Source: Schizochytrium sp. TIO01 | Lineage: Eukaryota; Protista; Bigyra: Labyrinthulomycetes | Reading direction: 5' to 3' | Assembly: GCA_004764695.1 (NCBI GenBank) | Contig: SMSO01000014.1 | Span: forward strand, 2,909,648-2,973,647 | Length of the DNA stretch: 64,000 nucleotides | Part shown: piece by piece, positions 1 to 11,396 of the stretch | How positions within the stretch are numbered: position 1 is the stretch's first letter | Layout of the letters: every line of letters begins with the position of its first letter | Made by a program: the position numbers and the translations under genes | The notes under the pieces: model-generated | What the model was told of the DNA's origin: nothing | The model's database searches: none | Seen by the model: the letters and a program-made list of their open reading frames with translations, nothing else

Positions 1-1
1 T

Positions 2-412
2 CGGCCCGTGGATGATTTGGAAGAAGAGGCTACTGTACAGCTTAAGCGAATGCAAAAGGACGAACGTATTCGTCTACGTGAGCTCAAAGCGAAACACGCA
101 GTAGCACGCCAGAAACTACAAAACGCGCGTTTAAAGCTGCAGAGAGAAGTTGCAGGAGATGTCGAGAAACTTTTCCGCGTTGATACTACGAAAAGGGGAC
201 CGCCCAAGAAACTTCAGCGCGGGGCCCGCAACAAGAAAAAAACAGATGTCGTTTACGGAATCGCACGAGATGGAGATGTGTTTATGTTTACTAATGAAGA
301 AATGAGAACCCTAGCAGAAACTTATGGAAACCCTTTAGAGCATCTAGCTGATGATTTGTCAGCTAATGAAGATCAAGATCATCCAATTGAGAATACCAAT
401 GCTGACTCTTGA
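2..412 (+). CDS. 3' end of a gene entering from the left edge; charged coiled-coil protein of unknown function
   Basis: Frame is open from the window start (cgg ccc gtg gat...) to TGA at 410-412. The E/K/R/Q-rich helical stretch (LKRMQKDERIRLRELKAKHAVARQKLQNARLKLQRE) looks coding. Its last 50 nt overlap the stop end of the minus-strand JmjC gene. Confidence 0.6.
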   Translation, partial: RPVDDLEEEATVQLKRMQKDERIRLRELKAKHAVARQKLQNARLKLQREVAGDVEKLFRVDTTKRGPPKKLQRGARNKKKTDVVYGIARDGDVFMFTNEEMRTLAETYGNPLEHLADDLSANEDQDHPIENTNADS

Positions 413-3400
413 ATTCACCAAAAGTTAGATCTTTTTGGTTCCGACGGAGTCCTCTGGGAAATTTAGGATTTGAGTATAATTCATAATCCCGAAAATCATG
501 TTCAACAAGCTGCTTCCAGAGATAAAGCCATTCATTTGATACATCCAAGTAATTCATTGAAACGCCGATAATGTCGTCGTGATTACGCACCCCGTGGGGA
601 CATCCACCAGGGATAAAGATAAGGTCTCCTGGACGCTGGATCCCCTTGTACATACGCGCATTCAAGCTTAAAGGCATATCTTCCGAATCTGGCCTAAAGA
701 TGTCAAAAAAGAAATGCTGCGAGCCTGGCTTTGGGTAGAGTTCAAGCACGTCATGACGATCGTAAAAACGCCATTCCTTCTCTCCTTCAAGTAGATACAT
801 CCAGAAGTTGGTACCTCCTGAGTCGATGTGCATTTTGCTTTCCGTGCCGTTAGCACCAACAAAAAGTGATGGCCAGGAGTGTTGGTAGCCAACAAAAGGC
901 ATTCGCTGAAAATAGTCTCCTGCGAAATACTTCGGGAAGATAAACTCATCATAGGGTGGGGGGCCCATTATTTCTGGGCAGCTCCTCGGAAGGCCCCAAT
1001 CGTGTAAATACCATTCTTGACGGGTGCTGTTCTGATTGTGCGTTTCAAGAAACTCTTTGAGGCTTAACTTTTCTGGCACCGTCACCAATCCTCCCCAGTT
1101 GTGCGTCCGGCCTTTCATTTTAAATTCAGGGTAGTGCTTTCCACACTTTTCTGAAATGTGCTCTTTGGTCCACATCCTTTTGAACATATGAATATCAGTA
1201 ATAATAACAGGTCTGTGCTTCTTAGCGTAATTTTCGATAAAGTCTTCTAAAGACATTTCCAATGCACTCCGCCGTTCAATGGAGAGTACTCGTTGATCCT
1301 TGTTTGAGGGTGGTCGGCCAACTTCGCGTACGAAACGCTGGTACTTTGAAATACTCCGTTTCCGATTTAACTGCACCATTTCATTGTACAAGAATGTATA
1401 ATCGTCTGCGATTGCTCTTTGTGTCTGTATAACATCTTCGTCGGTGTGGTTTTTCATATGCTGTTTGAGGAGTTGAATATAAGCAGACGCACGCTGAATG
1501 TTGACCCACAGTTTTTCTCGTAATGAAGGATCATCAGAAATATGGCGAAGGTCTCCAGGTGTTTTTGGAATTGCTTCTACAATTGGCTTGAGGTGAGGGC
1601 GGTTCTCAATATAATTGAAGACGTGGTCCAAGGTCTTTCGAAGGATAATATTTTCATCTGTAGTTTGGCGACTATGCCCAAAACTTTGATATGATTCTTC
1701 CATAAGAAGGAAATCTTCATACAGGGAGCGAATTCTCTGCAGTGCATCGTGCGGGTTGAGCCCCCTCCGAGCTTTCTCAGGGTCCACAAGAAGCATATCT
1801 GTCCATGCATCTTCGATTGGTGGCTGGAGCTTACGATTCAAGTCCTCCATATTGATTTTTGTAGGTGAGTGGAGAGTAGCCGTATTTGAATCTGTAATGT
1901 TTTGTACGAGTTGCAACGAAGCTTCAGCAGAAGACTTTTCAGAGTTGTGCTGCTTGGTATTGCTGCTCTGAACTGTTATTTCATGCTCTTCATCACCGGC
2001 TGTTGTAAGCGGCGAGGTTTGAGGTATTGCTTGAGAAGAAGCCTTATTCAACTCGGGAAGGTAGATCTGAAGCCAGTTGTATACTTCTTCAGCAGCATCT
2101 TCAATGTTTTCGCGTCTTAAGGCGTTTCCTTCAGCGGAAGGACTGTCACCATTGAGAACTTTAAAATCCTCCACCTCAGATGAGTAAACAATAACGCTCG
2201 GAAGTTGATTCGAGGTAATCCCAAACTGAGACGCAAAGTTTTGTCCGTTTGCATAGGTATATTTCAAGCTCTGCATGCTTGGATTTGCCTTTGGTTTCTG
2301 GGCTACATGTTCCAAAATAGACATGGAGTGTTGCTTGGTTTCCTCATCTTTTGGATTAATAAGAAGAACAACTAGGAAATCGAAGTTCCGGATGATATCC
2401 CAACTATTGTCTGGTGTGAGTTCAATGAAAAGTGGATCGCGGTGCCTAGTCATGAAGCTAAGAAGATTGGCCGAATACTTTGCTTCCGCCCGCGTGGGCG
2501 ACGAATGTACTTCTACGTCCACAGTGCGCGGACTACCATAGTCCGCAACTCGTTTAGAAAATACCATGCCTCCTTCTTGGGGAGAATTTCGCACTACCAC
2601 CGCGCAGGCTGTAAGGTCCTTATGAATATACTTACAAACTTCAACACTGCGAGCTTCAGCAAAATACATGAAGCTACGTTTCATGTCTACAAACTTGTTA
2701 AAGATGAATTTCTCAGAAGTGCAGGTATTTTCACCTACAGGGAAACAACCAATCGCAGTTGGGTAAAACTCGGACAGGAAAGTTACAGCTTGCGGGACGG
2801 ATTCCAAAATAGCTGCTTCCTTTGAAAGAAGCCGGTGTAAGAATGCCACCATCTCTGCAGATTTGATTACTCCGATATACTCCTCCATAAATTCACCATG
2901 CTGATAGACCTTCGTAACAAGCGGGAAGTAATTGACTTTACCGAAGCGGAAACCATCGAGAGTGGAGTCAAACTGTGAAGTCTCTGCTTCTTGCCAAGAT
3001 TTAGTCGTCTCACTGCTAAATTGGGTTTGCAGATAAGAATCCACCGCAACATTTACCATTCCAATTTTAACACGCTCTCTCAGGTTTGGGTCTTCCTGAA
3101 TTATCCTTGCGGTAGCTTCAAGATCTGGCCGTGTAACAAGGAAGGACTCTGAGCGCGGGTCAAAGAAACTAATCATTGCAATACATCCATCTGAACGGTT
3201 GATGAAATCCATAAAGCTTGACGTATCAACATGTTCTGCCCACATCATCTCTTCGGTGTCGACTAAAGGCAAGTCAGTATGCACCTCCAATAGGGTTCGG
3301 TCTGCGTCCATAATACGAAATATTTTCTCAACTAGCGCTGTTGGTTCGCTTTTCCAGAAATCTCCAAAAAGCTGAATATATGAAATGAGGTCCGTTCGAA

Positions 3401-3587
3401 AGCCCAAATTTGCAACGAGGACAGCTGTTATCAAAACTAGCCAGACCTTCTGTTTTCGTAACCATAACAGAGGAGCTATACTTTCATTTCCTCTGCATTC
3501 GTTGTTCACATTCGTATCAGAGTTGGCTTCGGTCTCTTTAAGACCACGTGGGACTTTCGTCTTGCGTTTATTGCCAGGCTTCGTCAT
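363..3587 (-). CDS. Membrane-anchored protein with non-catalytic thioredoxin/PDI-like folds and a C-terminal JmjC (JMJD6/JMJD4-like) 2-oxoglutarate/Fe(II) oxygenase domain, 1074 aa
   Basis: N-terminal hydrophobic segment VWLVLITAVLVANLG. Trx-like patterns ISFFDPRSE...VKIGMVNV and FASQFGITSNQLPSVIVY, with no WCxxC. JmjC motifs IERRSALEMSLEDFIENYAKKHRPVIITD, YLHDW, LFVGANGTESKMHID (HxD), WMYLLEGEKEWRFY and QRPGDLIFIPGGCPHGVRN (distal His). Confidence 0.85.
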   Translation of the reverse strand: MTKPGNKRKTKVPRGLKETEANSDTNVNNECRGNESIAPLLWLRKQKVWLVLITAVLVANLGFRTDLISYIQLFGDFWKSEPTALVEKIFRIMDADRTLLEVHTDLPLVDTEEMMWAEHVDTSSFMDFINRSDGCIAMISFFDPRSESFLVTRPDLEATARIIQEDPNLRERVKIGMVNVAVDSYLQTQFSSETTKSWQEAETSQFDSTLDGFRFGKVNYFPLVTKVYQHGEFMEEYIGVIKSAEMVAFLHRLLSKEAAILESVPQAVTFLSEFYPTAIGCFPVGENTCTSEKFIFNKFVDMKRSFMYFAEARSVEVCKYIHKDLTACAVVVRNSPQEGGMVFSKRVADYGSPRTVDVEVHSSPTRAEAKYSANLLSFMTRHRDPLFIELTPDNSWDIIRNFDFLVVLLINPKDEETKQHSMSILEHVAQKPKANPSMQSLKYTYANGQNFASQFGITSNQLPSVIVYSSEVEDFKVLNGDSPSAEGNALRRENIEDAAEEVYNWLQIYLPELNKASSQAIPQTSPLTTAGDEEHEITVQSSNTKQHNSEKSSAEASLQLVQNITDSNTATLHSPTKINMEDLNRKLQPPIEDAWTDMLLVDPEKARRGLNPHDALQRIRSLYEDFLLMEESYQSFGHSRQTTDENIILRKTLDHVFNYIENRPHLKPIVEAIPKTPGDLRHISDDPSLREKLWVNIQRASAYIQLLKQHMKNHTDEDVIQTQRAIADDYTFLYNEMVQLNRKRSISKYQRFVREVGRPPSNKDQRVLSIERRSALEMSLEDFIENYAKKHRPVIITDIHMFKRMWTKEHISEKCGKHYPEFKMKGRTHNWGGLVTVPEKLSLKEFLETHNQNSTRQEWYLHDWGLPRSCPEIMGPPPYDEFIFPKYFAGDYFQRMPFVGYQHSWPSLFVGANGTESKMHIDSGGTNFWMYLLEGEKEWRFYDRHDVLELYPKPGSQHFFFDIFRPDSEDMPLSLNARMYKGIQRPGDLIFIPGGCPHGVRNHDDIIGVSMNYLDVSNEWLYLWKQLVEHDFRDYELYSNPKFPRGLRRNQKDLTFGEFKSQHWYSQLDDLDLH

Positions 3588-5007
3588 CCTCTTGAACGGT
3601 CACTCGCGTCCCCAAGAACTAAAGCCTTCAAAAGTGACGAGCTGGCAGAATTTATCTCAGTCGCACCTACCTTTGCGACTCTTGGACGAAGACTCTTCGA
3701 AATCGGTCAGTTCTCAGGGAGAACCGTCTTCTCCGTTTGGCCTGCGTTATCGATTTGATTCCTCAACCGCAAGTCTTATCTTTTTTAATTGTGAGGTACT
3801 AGTAACTTCGACTGTCTATTCTTACGAGTAGTAGTAGCTAAGCTACCGACTAGTAATCACATCTAAGGAACAAATTCGAACTTTCAAGAAACCCAACATT
3901 ACACGAATTGTTTGCTTCCACTGTCGCATATTCCGGGTCCACGTACATTACATAATTCAATTCGATACAGACACTTTCCAACCAGAGCGGTCCAAACTCT
4001 TCACGAGTACGGTATGTCCTTCGCCGACTTTCTTTTTCAGGGACGGTCACTAACACAAGATTGAAAACTGTTTTCTCGCATCTTTTTTTAATTTTAGTTT
4101 TACAGTAATAGACATTCTCAGCAGAGTCTGCATTCACAGCGCAGGCAGTCGATAAAGTGCTCTTCGTTCTGAATAGCGGACGTTTCTGTAATGCAAGTCT
4201 TTCATATCTCGAATGAGATAGCACTTTTATATAGTCGATAAGTACACTCTTCAGAAACCTGTGTTATATATAATTATATCAAAAATAAAAGTTTTAATTT
4301 AAAAAGTATCAAAACGAGAGACCTCGAAATAGTTATAGAAACTACAATTCATGCCTAAAAACCGACTCAAAGCCTCTCACTGTCAATGCGCAGGGCCGGT
4401 ATGCAGACTTCTCCTTGACCGCAATACTGACGCAGCGGCCTCAACCCATTCGGGAGCGGTCAGTTGGAAACCATATGCATATCTTAAAAACCAGGTAGGT
4501 AGGTATGTGAATTAGCTGAGCCTGAGATCAGCTCAGGTCGGAGTTGGAGAGGCGTCAAACAGAGACCAGGTCAATCTATAAATAGCGCGACCTTCGACGA
4601 TGTCGGGCCACTTGCGTATGTAAACTTGATAGGAGCACTCGGCTTCTGATGGTATGCCGCCAGTTTTGAGGCATCCGAAGCTTTGAACACGTGACATCAT
4701 CGTTGCAGAGGGTCTCCGAGATTCTCACAAGTTGATGAAAGACATGTTGAAGGAGGTATCTACCTACCTAACTATTACTGTAATAGTAGATACTAGGGTC
4801 CTAAAGAGTGAGCGACATTCTTCGTACGCACTGCAAACTGCACAACGCACTTTCATTGGTTCCGTTACGGCCTAAAATAAGATCGCAAGGAATCGCCACC
4901 AGAAAAACAATATTGCCATACGGTAGATTTTGTCTCAGTGAGATTATTCGCCCCTTTAAGCATCCGTCATCCTGAATAAATTATTTGCCTCCCTTGACCT
5001 CACTCGG

Positions 5008-5009
<2 letters not shown>

Positions 5010-5043
<34 letters not shown>
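5010..5043. repeat. (CTG)n microsatellite, ~11 units
   Basis: ctgctgctg... read directly in intergenic DNA. Confidence 0.95.
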
Positions 5044-6222
5044 AAAAAGACTTGATACCCTGGTCAGTAGTAACTCAATAGGAAAGCTATTATTCATAGC
5101 AAAGAGAAACTCAACATAATCCTTGTTCAGTCTCTTCTGAGTACAACGCAAAATCAGCTGTAGAACAAGTTTTACAGATAGCATAGTTTCTGCGTTTATT
5201 TGGAAAATATAACTTCTTTTCGTGCATTCCTCTATTCTATTCAGTTATTTTAATATCTTACCTCTTTGTCTCCTGTAAATAGATTTCGAATATGTACACG
5301 AAACCCCATTTCGTGTGGTATTTCCTCTTTGCGTTTTCATTTTTTGTGTTGGACTAGCCCCCCTGATGATATAATCGAAGTTTAGCCAGTAATTGACCCA
5401 GGTGCTCTCAAAATTATGAGTTTTCAAAAGTTATTTCTGGGATTTTCACTGGGAGAGGGCCGAAAACTTCTTACTTTTTGGTGATATCCCAGTCTGCCAA
5501 CCTTCTAAATTAAACGAGCTCGTCCTAATGATGATGATGATGACGACGACGACGACTTTCTCGCTTCAGACGCATTTCAGTCAATAAAATAGGGGGATCT
5601 ACATCTGGGCTTATATAGCTTCATCATTTTCTAGACATTCATGTACTCCACTACTTCTTCTATACAATATGGCAGTATTTAGGTACGCCCTAGTTAGTTA
5701 GTAGTACTACTAATGGTGATTGTCTTTTTGTTCGTTTTATTCTTTTCCTTATTTTTTTTTTTTAATTTTAAAGACTGCAATGCTATAAAGAGCGCCTTGT
5801 TTAAAGACTAAAGTTGGCGTGTATTTGTGTGTGCAAAGGCTTGAGTGGGAACGCAATATGAAGGGATACATTTGAAGCAATGAGTACCTATATACCTATC
5901 CTGAAGACTCCAATAGTACACAAAATTGGAGCAAAGGCGACATCTTATGAAAGGAATAAAGTTCTTGCTACATCTCGAATCTGGTGCCGCTACAGCTTGG
6001 TTGTGTACTTCTTATTTCTTTAACCTTGTGGCCTTCTAATTTGAGCTCAAAATTAGACTGAAGCAGAGAAAGTTGATTACATTGCTTGCCATCGTAAGCG
6101 CACTTGGTGATCGAAGGAACCTTACCATACACTATCGAGAGATTAGTTTGGGAAGACGATAAGAGGCAGAGCCAGAAAGAAACTAGTTTTGCGAGAGGGT
6201 TTCAAACTATTGAAGTAGCAAG

Positions 6223-7545
6223 ATGCAGGCCGAAAGCATGTTAATTACATCTCACTCGCTGCACTACCCTCTTGCGAGACAGCAAGCTATGAAAATGCGA
6301 GTATGGTCACTTCATTTTCAAAGAAAACCCAGAGAATACAAGCGTTATTTGATTCAACATCCCTGGGAGCTTCCCATGGTTGCTGTAAACCTAGCAGCGA
6401 TTGAAATTCAACGATCAATACGTGGAGTTCTGTCACGTTCAGATCCTCGCGGGTACCTAAAATTCTGTAGGCAAGCGGAAAACAGAGCCCGGCAGGCACC
6501 TTATAATCATATTTCAGAAACAGCAAACTACATGATCTACCATGTCGCCGCCTTGCAAATACAGCGTGCATTCAGAGCTTCCTATGAGGCCCGATATAAA
6601 TATTCTCTATCAATACATCAAGTTCGAGGTTCTATAGAGCTGCAGAGAGCTGCAAGGTGCATGCAAAGACTTTGGAGAAGGTATAAAGACAGAGTAGAAT
6701 ACCTTTCAAGGGTCCAAATTCTGCGTTTTCGCAACAATCAAGATCCTGCCGTCTTGCTCCGATCAATTAATCCAGGAGAGGCGCAACTATTTGATAAAGC
6801 GACACGGATTGTATTACGCTTTCGTTTGGGCGGTCACGAGTTTCCTCCAAAAATTTATTATAAGGTTTTTACACAAGCTCCTTTATGTGACGTCGGTTCA
6901 TTTGCTCCTCGCGACTACACGAGAAGGCATATGAAGCAACCTAGAGAAGTGCACAATCACCCAGTTCGAACAGACAAGTTCTCGACTGTTGTACTGCAAG
7001 ATATTAGAGTTGGACGAGCACGATTTGGTGTCGAACTATCCGAAGAATCAAAGCTTGAGCTTGCAGAAAGAGATTCACCTGATCCTGAAAGTCTTGGCTG
7101 GTATGCACGGCACGAGAACAACGGATGGCGGCCCGTCACCAAAGCGAAGCTGGAGGAGATTAACTCTGATCCAGTAACAAAATTTACTCGAACGCAACGT
7201 GTTCCATATCACTTTAATAAAGCCAAGCGTCGAGAAAATAAGGAAGCCACAATGAAGCGGCGGCGACGAGAGTGGATGATGAAATTATATGGCGGAAAGC
7301 TTGACCCTGCGGAGATCGATGCAAGATTAGAGTCAAAATTTTCTGAAGGAGTTTCCAAGTTGCATGAATCAAAATCTAATGACCTTGCTTTTCCGTTTGA
7401 AAAAGAAGCAAAGACAAAAGATGACCATGATTCAGTCTCTGATGTAGACGAGCTACTGGAGTGGACCCGTATGCTTGATTTTGATGACTATGTGCGCGAC
7501 TGGCACTCACATGCGTCTAGTTTTGATCCTTCTATAGAACTCTAG
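6223..7545 (+). CDS. C11orf65: IQ-motif protein, C11orf65/MFI-like, 440 aa
   Basis: IQ motifs AAIEIQRSIRG, AALQIQRAFRA and AARCMQRLWRR. Family-typical blocks LLRSINPGEAQLFD, RFRLGGHEFPPKIYYKVFT, FAPRDY, GWYARHENNGWR and DELLEWTRMLDFDDY, recognised from memory of the family. Confidence 0.8.
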   Translation: MQAESMLITSHSLHYPLARQQAMKMRVWSLHFQRKPREYKRYLIQHPWELPMVAVNLAAIEIQRSIRGVLSRSDPRGYLKFCRQAENRARQAPYNHISETANYMIYHVAALQIQRAFRASYEARYKYSLSIHQVRGSIELQRAARCMQRLWRRYKDRVEYLSRVQILRFRNNQDPAVLLRSINPGEAQLFDKATRIVLRFRLGGHEFPPKIYYKVFTQAPLCDVGSFAPRDYTRRHMKQPREVHNHPVRTDKFSTVVLQDIRVGRARFGVELSEESKLELAERDSPDPESLGWYARHENNGWRPVTKAKLEEINSDPVTKFTRTQRVPYHFNKAKRRENKEATMKRRRREWMMKLYGGKLDPAEIDARLESKFSEGVSKLHESKSNDLAFPFEKEAKTKDDHDSVSDVDELLEWTRMLDFDDYVRDWHSHASSFDPSIEL

Positions 7546-7909
7546 AATTTCCAAACTAGAACAACTTAGGACTTCTTCAAATTTTAAAAAGAAGAAAATG
7601 GACCTTTGCAGTTTTCGGCGCTAGCCATTGATATCGTTTTTATTGTGCGCGCGGTGTTAAACTCTTTTGCACAGCTCTACTCTATTAACTATATATATAT
7701 ATATATACATAAACATTTTTTTTCTGTTTTCATTTGATTGGATATAAAACTTTTAAAGTTCAAAAAAATTACAGGGTCGCAAAAGACCAACATTATTCAA
7801 CGGTTGAAAAAAGAAAACTTTGAAAACAAGAAAACTGAGTTGTGTCACTGTGATTTGTGCAAACAGAAAAGATTGACCTGGCCGCGGTCACGTTTCAGTT
7901 TCAGACGCA

Positions 7910-10900
7910 ATGGAGAATAATGAGAAAGATGATGTAGTGCAAGAATTGCGGCCCATCGAGTCCAGAAGAACTTTTCGCAATGGTGGAAACAGCAGCCGCC
8001 TCCAGAGCGGGCGTTTGGGAGCTCTCAACCCTGATCAAAACTTAGCAGAGGGCACATCCAAGCGCCGGATGGATTCTTCAATGAGAGGACCAGAACTTAG
8101 CGTGCGTGCCTCTCAAAAAAGTATGGGGCAAATTGCAAGAGCCCAGAGCAATAGGTTTGAGTCAGCACTCTCGAAATCGCAAAGCTTTCTCCGACGGAAA
8201 ACACAACAATACGATGCAGCACAAGATGTTCCGCTATGGTTTGAGAAAATGTGCGAGTTGGAGGGTGCCACCGAAAGTGAGATCGTTATGCTCAGTGCAG
8301 AAACAAAGCAAAATGAGACACAGATGATTCGAATGTGGTCCGAGGAGGCACGAGGACTTGTTGACATTAAGGTTGAGGAGAATAATTTACGAGATGTATC
8401 TGAACTCGAGGATCTGCAACAGCGCAATGAGGAACTCGAGCGAGAAAGCGTAGTTGGCTGGATTGGTGTAGAGGCGCTAGCAAGTATCATCAATCCTGGC
8501 GAGCGCAGGAGCCTTGCTGCTCATGCGAAAACATTACGATCACAAAGTGAGTACGAGATGATGCAAATGCTTGAAAGCCAGCGCCGTGAAATGGTCCTTA
8601 GTTACTACCAGCGAAGCAGGATGCGGGAAGCAGAGCTAACCTCATCATTACGAGAGGGCCATGCGATGCTTACTCGCTTTGGAGAGCTTTTAGAAAATGC
8701 GTGCAACAACATGATTTCAAACAATCAAGGAAAATTACTGGAAGAGCTGCATCGCCATGGAATTGAGGTGGGCCGTCTTCGCGCGACAGACGCAGCTAGT
8801 AAGCTGCACCGGAAGATTTTACTTAACCCACTCGACCGCCACCAGAGTATTGATTTACAAAACGGCGAAATGACAATGGTACGTCTTCCATGCAAGGAAC
8901 CACGAGTGTGGGGCTTTGCCCATGCTACCGATGGACCTTGGAGGGTCAAGCGTTATGACAAGGGTATGGTACGCGAAATTGCAAAAGGGGCAATGCAGCA
9001 TATCAACGCGGAGCATGCCACAAGCCTAGATGCACTTCGCCATATTGCTAAGGTTCTTGACGCTGTTCAAGAAGGGTCACAGATAGATGCCAGTTTATAT
9101 CAACAAGTTATTGGCGACCCAAGAAGGGGCCGTGAATTGATTCAGAATCGTCTAGATGCACTTGGAATCAACATCAGCGTCCGGGGGGTCACTCGCCTCC
9201 CAAAGATTCGGGGTGATATTGATATTAAAGCTGCTGCTGCACAAATTCTTACGAAAGCAGACGAGCGATTGCAATATTATGGGCGATTTTACTTTGAGGT
9301 TCATGCACATAAACTCAGTGCATCTAATTTACCAAGTTATGAACCACCAGCAAAACTTCTAGCAGGCAATGGTGAGCATGGTCCAACTCCAGAAGAGTTT
9401 TTCTCACTGACTGTCGAGCAACCTCGAATGCGAGTTGGCGTCCCAACAAAGTTTGACCGCATGTCCTCAACTACTAGTGAGAATGATGGTGGTGTGTACA
9501 ATCTTGCGGATAGTTCTGTAGATTTTCAGAAAGCCTCTAGAGAGAGCACTGCTACCGAATCGGACTCATTCTATAATCTGTTAGGAAATGAAAACGAAGG
9601 AACGGGCACCGAGACTGATCCACTTTTACGTCAGAATAGTGAAGGCGAAGAAGAAGAGAACTACTATGAGTCAGACTCTGACCAATGGATGATAGGTGTG
9701 AGCTTTAACACCATGCAATGCAATGGGTTTCCAGGGAATGACCCTTCTAGTTTCGGCATTCGAAGTGACGGGACAATCTGGCATGCTGGACGGTGCCGGC
9801 GTTTCTGTGCTAACCTTTCCGATGAGGTAGTTGTAGGTTTACTCCTTGACCTTAATGTGGGTTCTATAACTCCTTTTGTAGGAGGAGCAAGTCTTGGCGT
9901 TGCTTTTGGTGTAGGGAGCCGAGTCTTTGGGTCTGAGGAGCAAGCTAGTCAAGGAGCGCTGATCAGGGATAAACATTTGATTCCAGCATTTGCATTAAAA
10001 GCAAAGTCGCGCCCTGATCTAGAGACGATGAGTGCATTTAGTGACGACTTCGATCTAGGTGGTGGTGACATAGAGGGGGATGATGGATCAATCGACGGTA
10101 TCGATGGTACTGTAGGCGAGCTCGAAGATTTTGGTCTTGACAATACGAAAGCCAATGAAATCACCGACAATACAGAACTTTTGAAAACATTGCTGCAGGC
10201 ACCTCGCCGTAGAGATGGCGATGGCGTGAAACATGACAGCGACTCTGATGATGCGGATGAAAGCAGTCCACGGAATATGAGTTTAACAGATGTGGAGGGA
10301 CCCGAGGCGACGACTCAAGCTTTAAGCATTAATTTTGGTGGTTACGGGTTTGCCCGTCTTCCACCACATGCATTATCTTGCGATTCTTATCTTTCCTTCG
10401 CTACAGAATCTAAACAAGAAATCGACCGTGCTAAATTTGAAGCAGAATGGAATAAGCAACGCATGATGGCGAGCAGTCGAAAGAACCTGAGTTTTGGTGA
10501 CTCGGTTGATGCAGATGATGAGAATGCGGTAGGCGTGGTAATGGAATACAAAGCACGAATGGCATTCTTAGAGACCGTGCAGTACGACACCGGTGTGTCT
10601 TGGTCAGAATTTCCACCTGAAGAGCATCGCGTGGGATACTGCGCAAACGTTCTACAGCGTGCGGTCCGGCGATTCCTGGGTCGCCGGTGGCGTCAGCGGG
10701 AGATGCTATCACAAACCTTGGCCATCACATTACTTCAACGACAAATTAAAGGGGTTCTTCCTGCTTGGCGCCGGCGCAAGGATAAAGCTGCAGTCCAGAT
10801 TCAAAAGGTTTGGAGAGGTTATCGACTCCGCAAGCAGTTTAAGATGGCTCGCGAATTTGCACAACATCCACAATTGTTGGCCTCTGCTGCGACGCGGATT

Positions 10901-11396
10901 CAAGCAACGGTACGGCAAGCGTCAAGCAGAGCAACGTATGCGATACATGGCCGAGGCAGCAGATCGAGAAATAGAGTTCCTTTTGCATTCTGCAAACAAG
11001 ATCCAAAGCAAATGGCGTCAAGTACGAGCCTCTCGTGAGGAGAAGCGATACCGAGCCATTGCTCAGTCCGTGACCTTGGTTCAGCGTTTGTGGCGTGGTC
11101 GCGTTGCACGACAAGCATTGGACTCGAAGATTCGAGATCGTCTTCGAGAGCACGGTTTCAAGACAAGGGCGATTCAAAAGCGTATCCATGCAGCAGTGTC
11201 TGTACAGCGTGTGTGGCGTGGCAAAATGGACCGGAGTTATGCACGTATGCGTCGAGTGGCCTTTCACTCTTCGGCTGCTGCAATTCAATTTGCGTGGAGA
11301 TCATATCTTGTAAAGTGCAAACTAGATGCTATTTGCGACTGGTCAACTGCGAATGCTGCGAAGCTATTTCTGCGGGGAATGGGCGCGATTCTTTAA
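7910..11396 (+). CDS. SPRY-domain and multiple IQ-motif protein (~1,160 aa), split by one +1 frameshift near 10912
   Basis: ORF 7910..11038 has a SPRY-like region (WMIGV...FPGNDPSSFGIRSDGTIWHAG...VVGLLLDLNVGSITPFVGGASLGVAF...LIPAFAL) and IQ motifs. ORF 10593..11396 continues the IQ series (ANKIQSKWR, LVQRLWRG, SVQRVWRG, AIQFAWR). The junction AATRIQATV(R) + GKRQ rebuilds an IQxxxRG motif. Confidence 0.8.
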
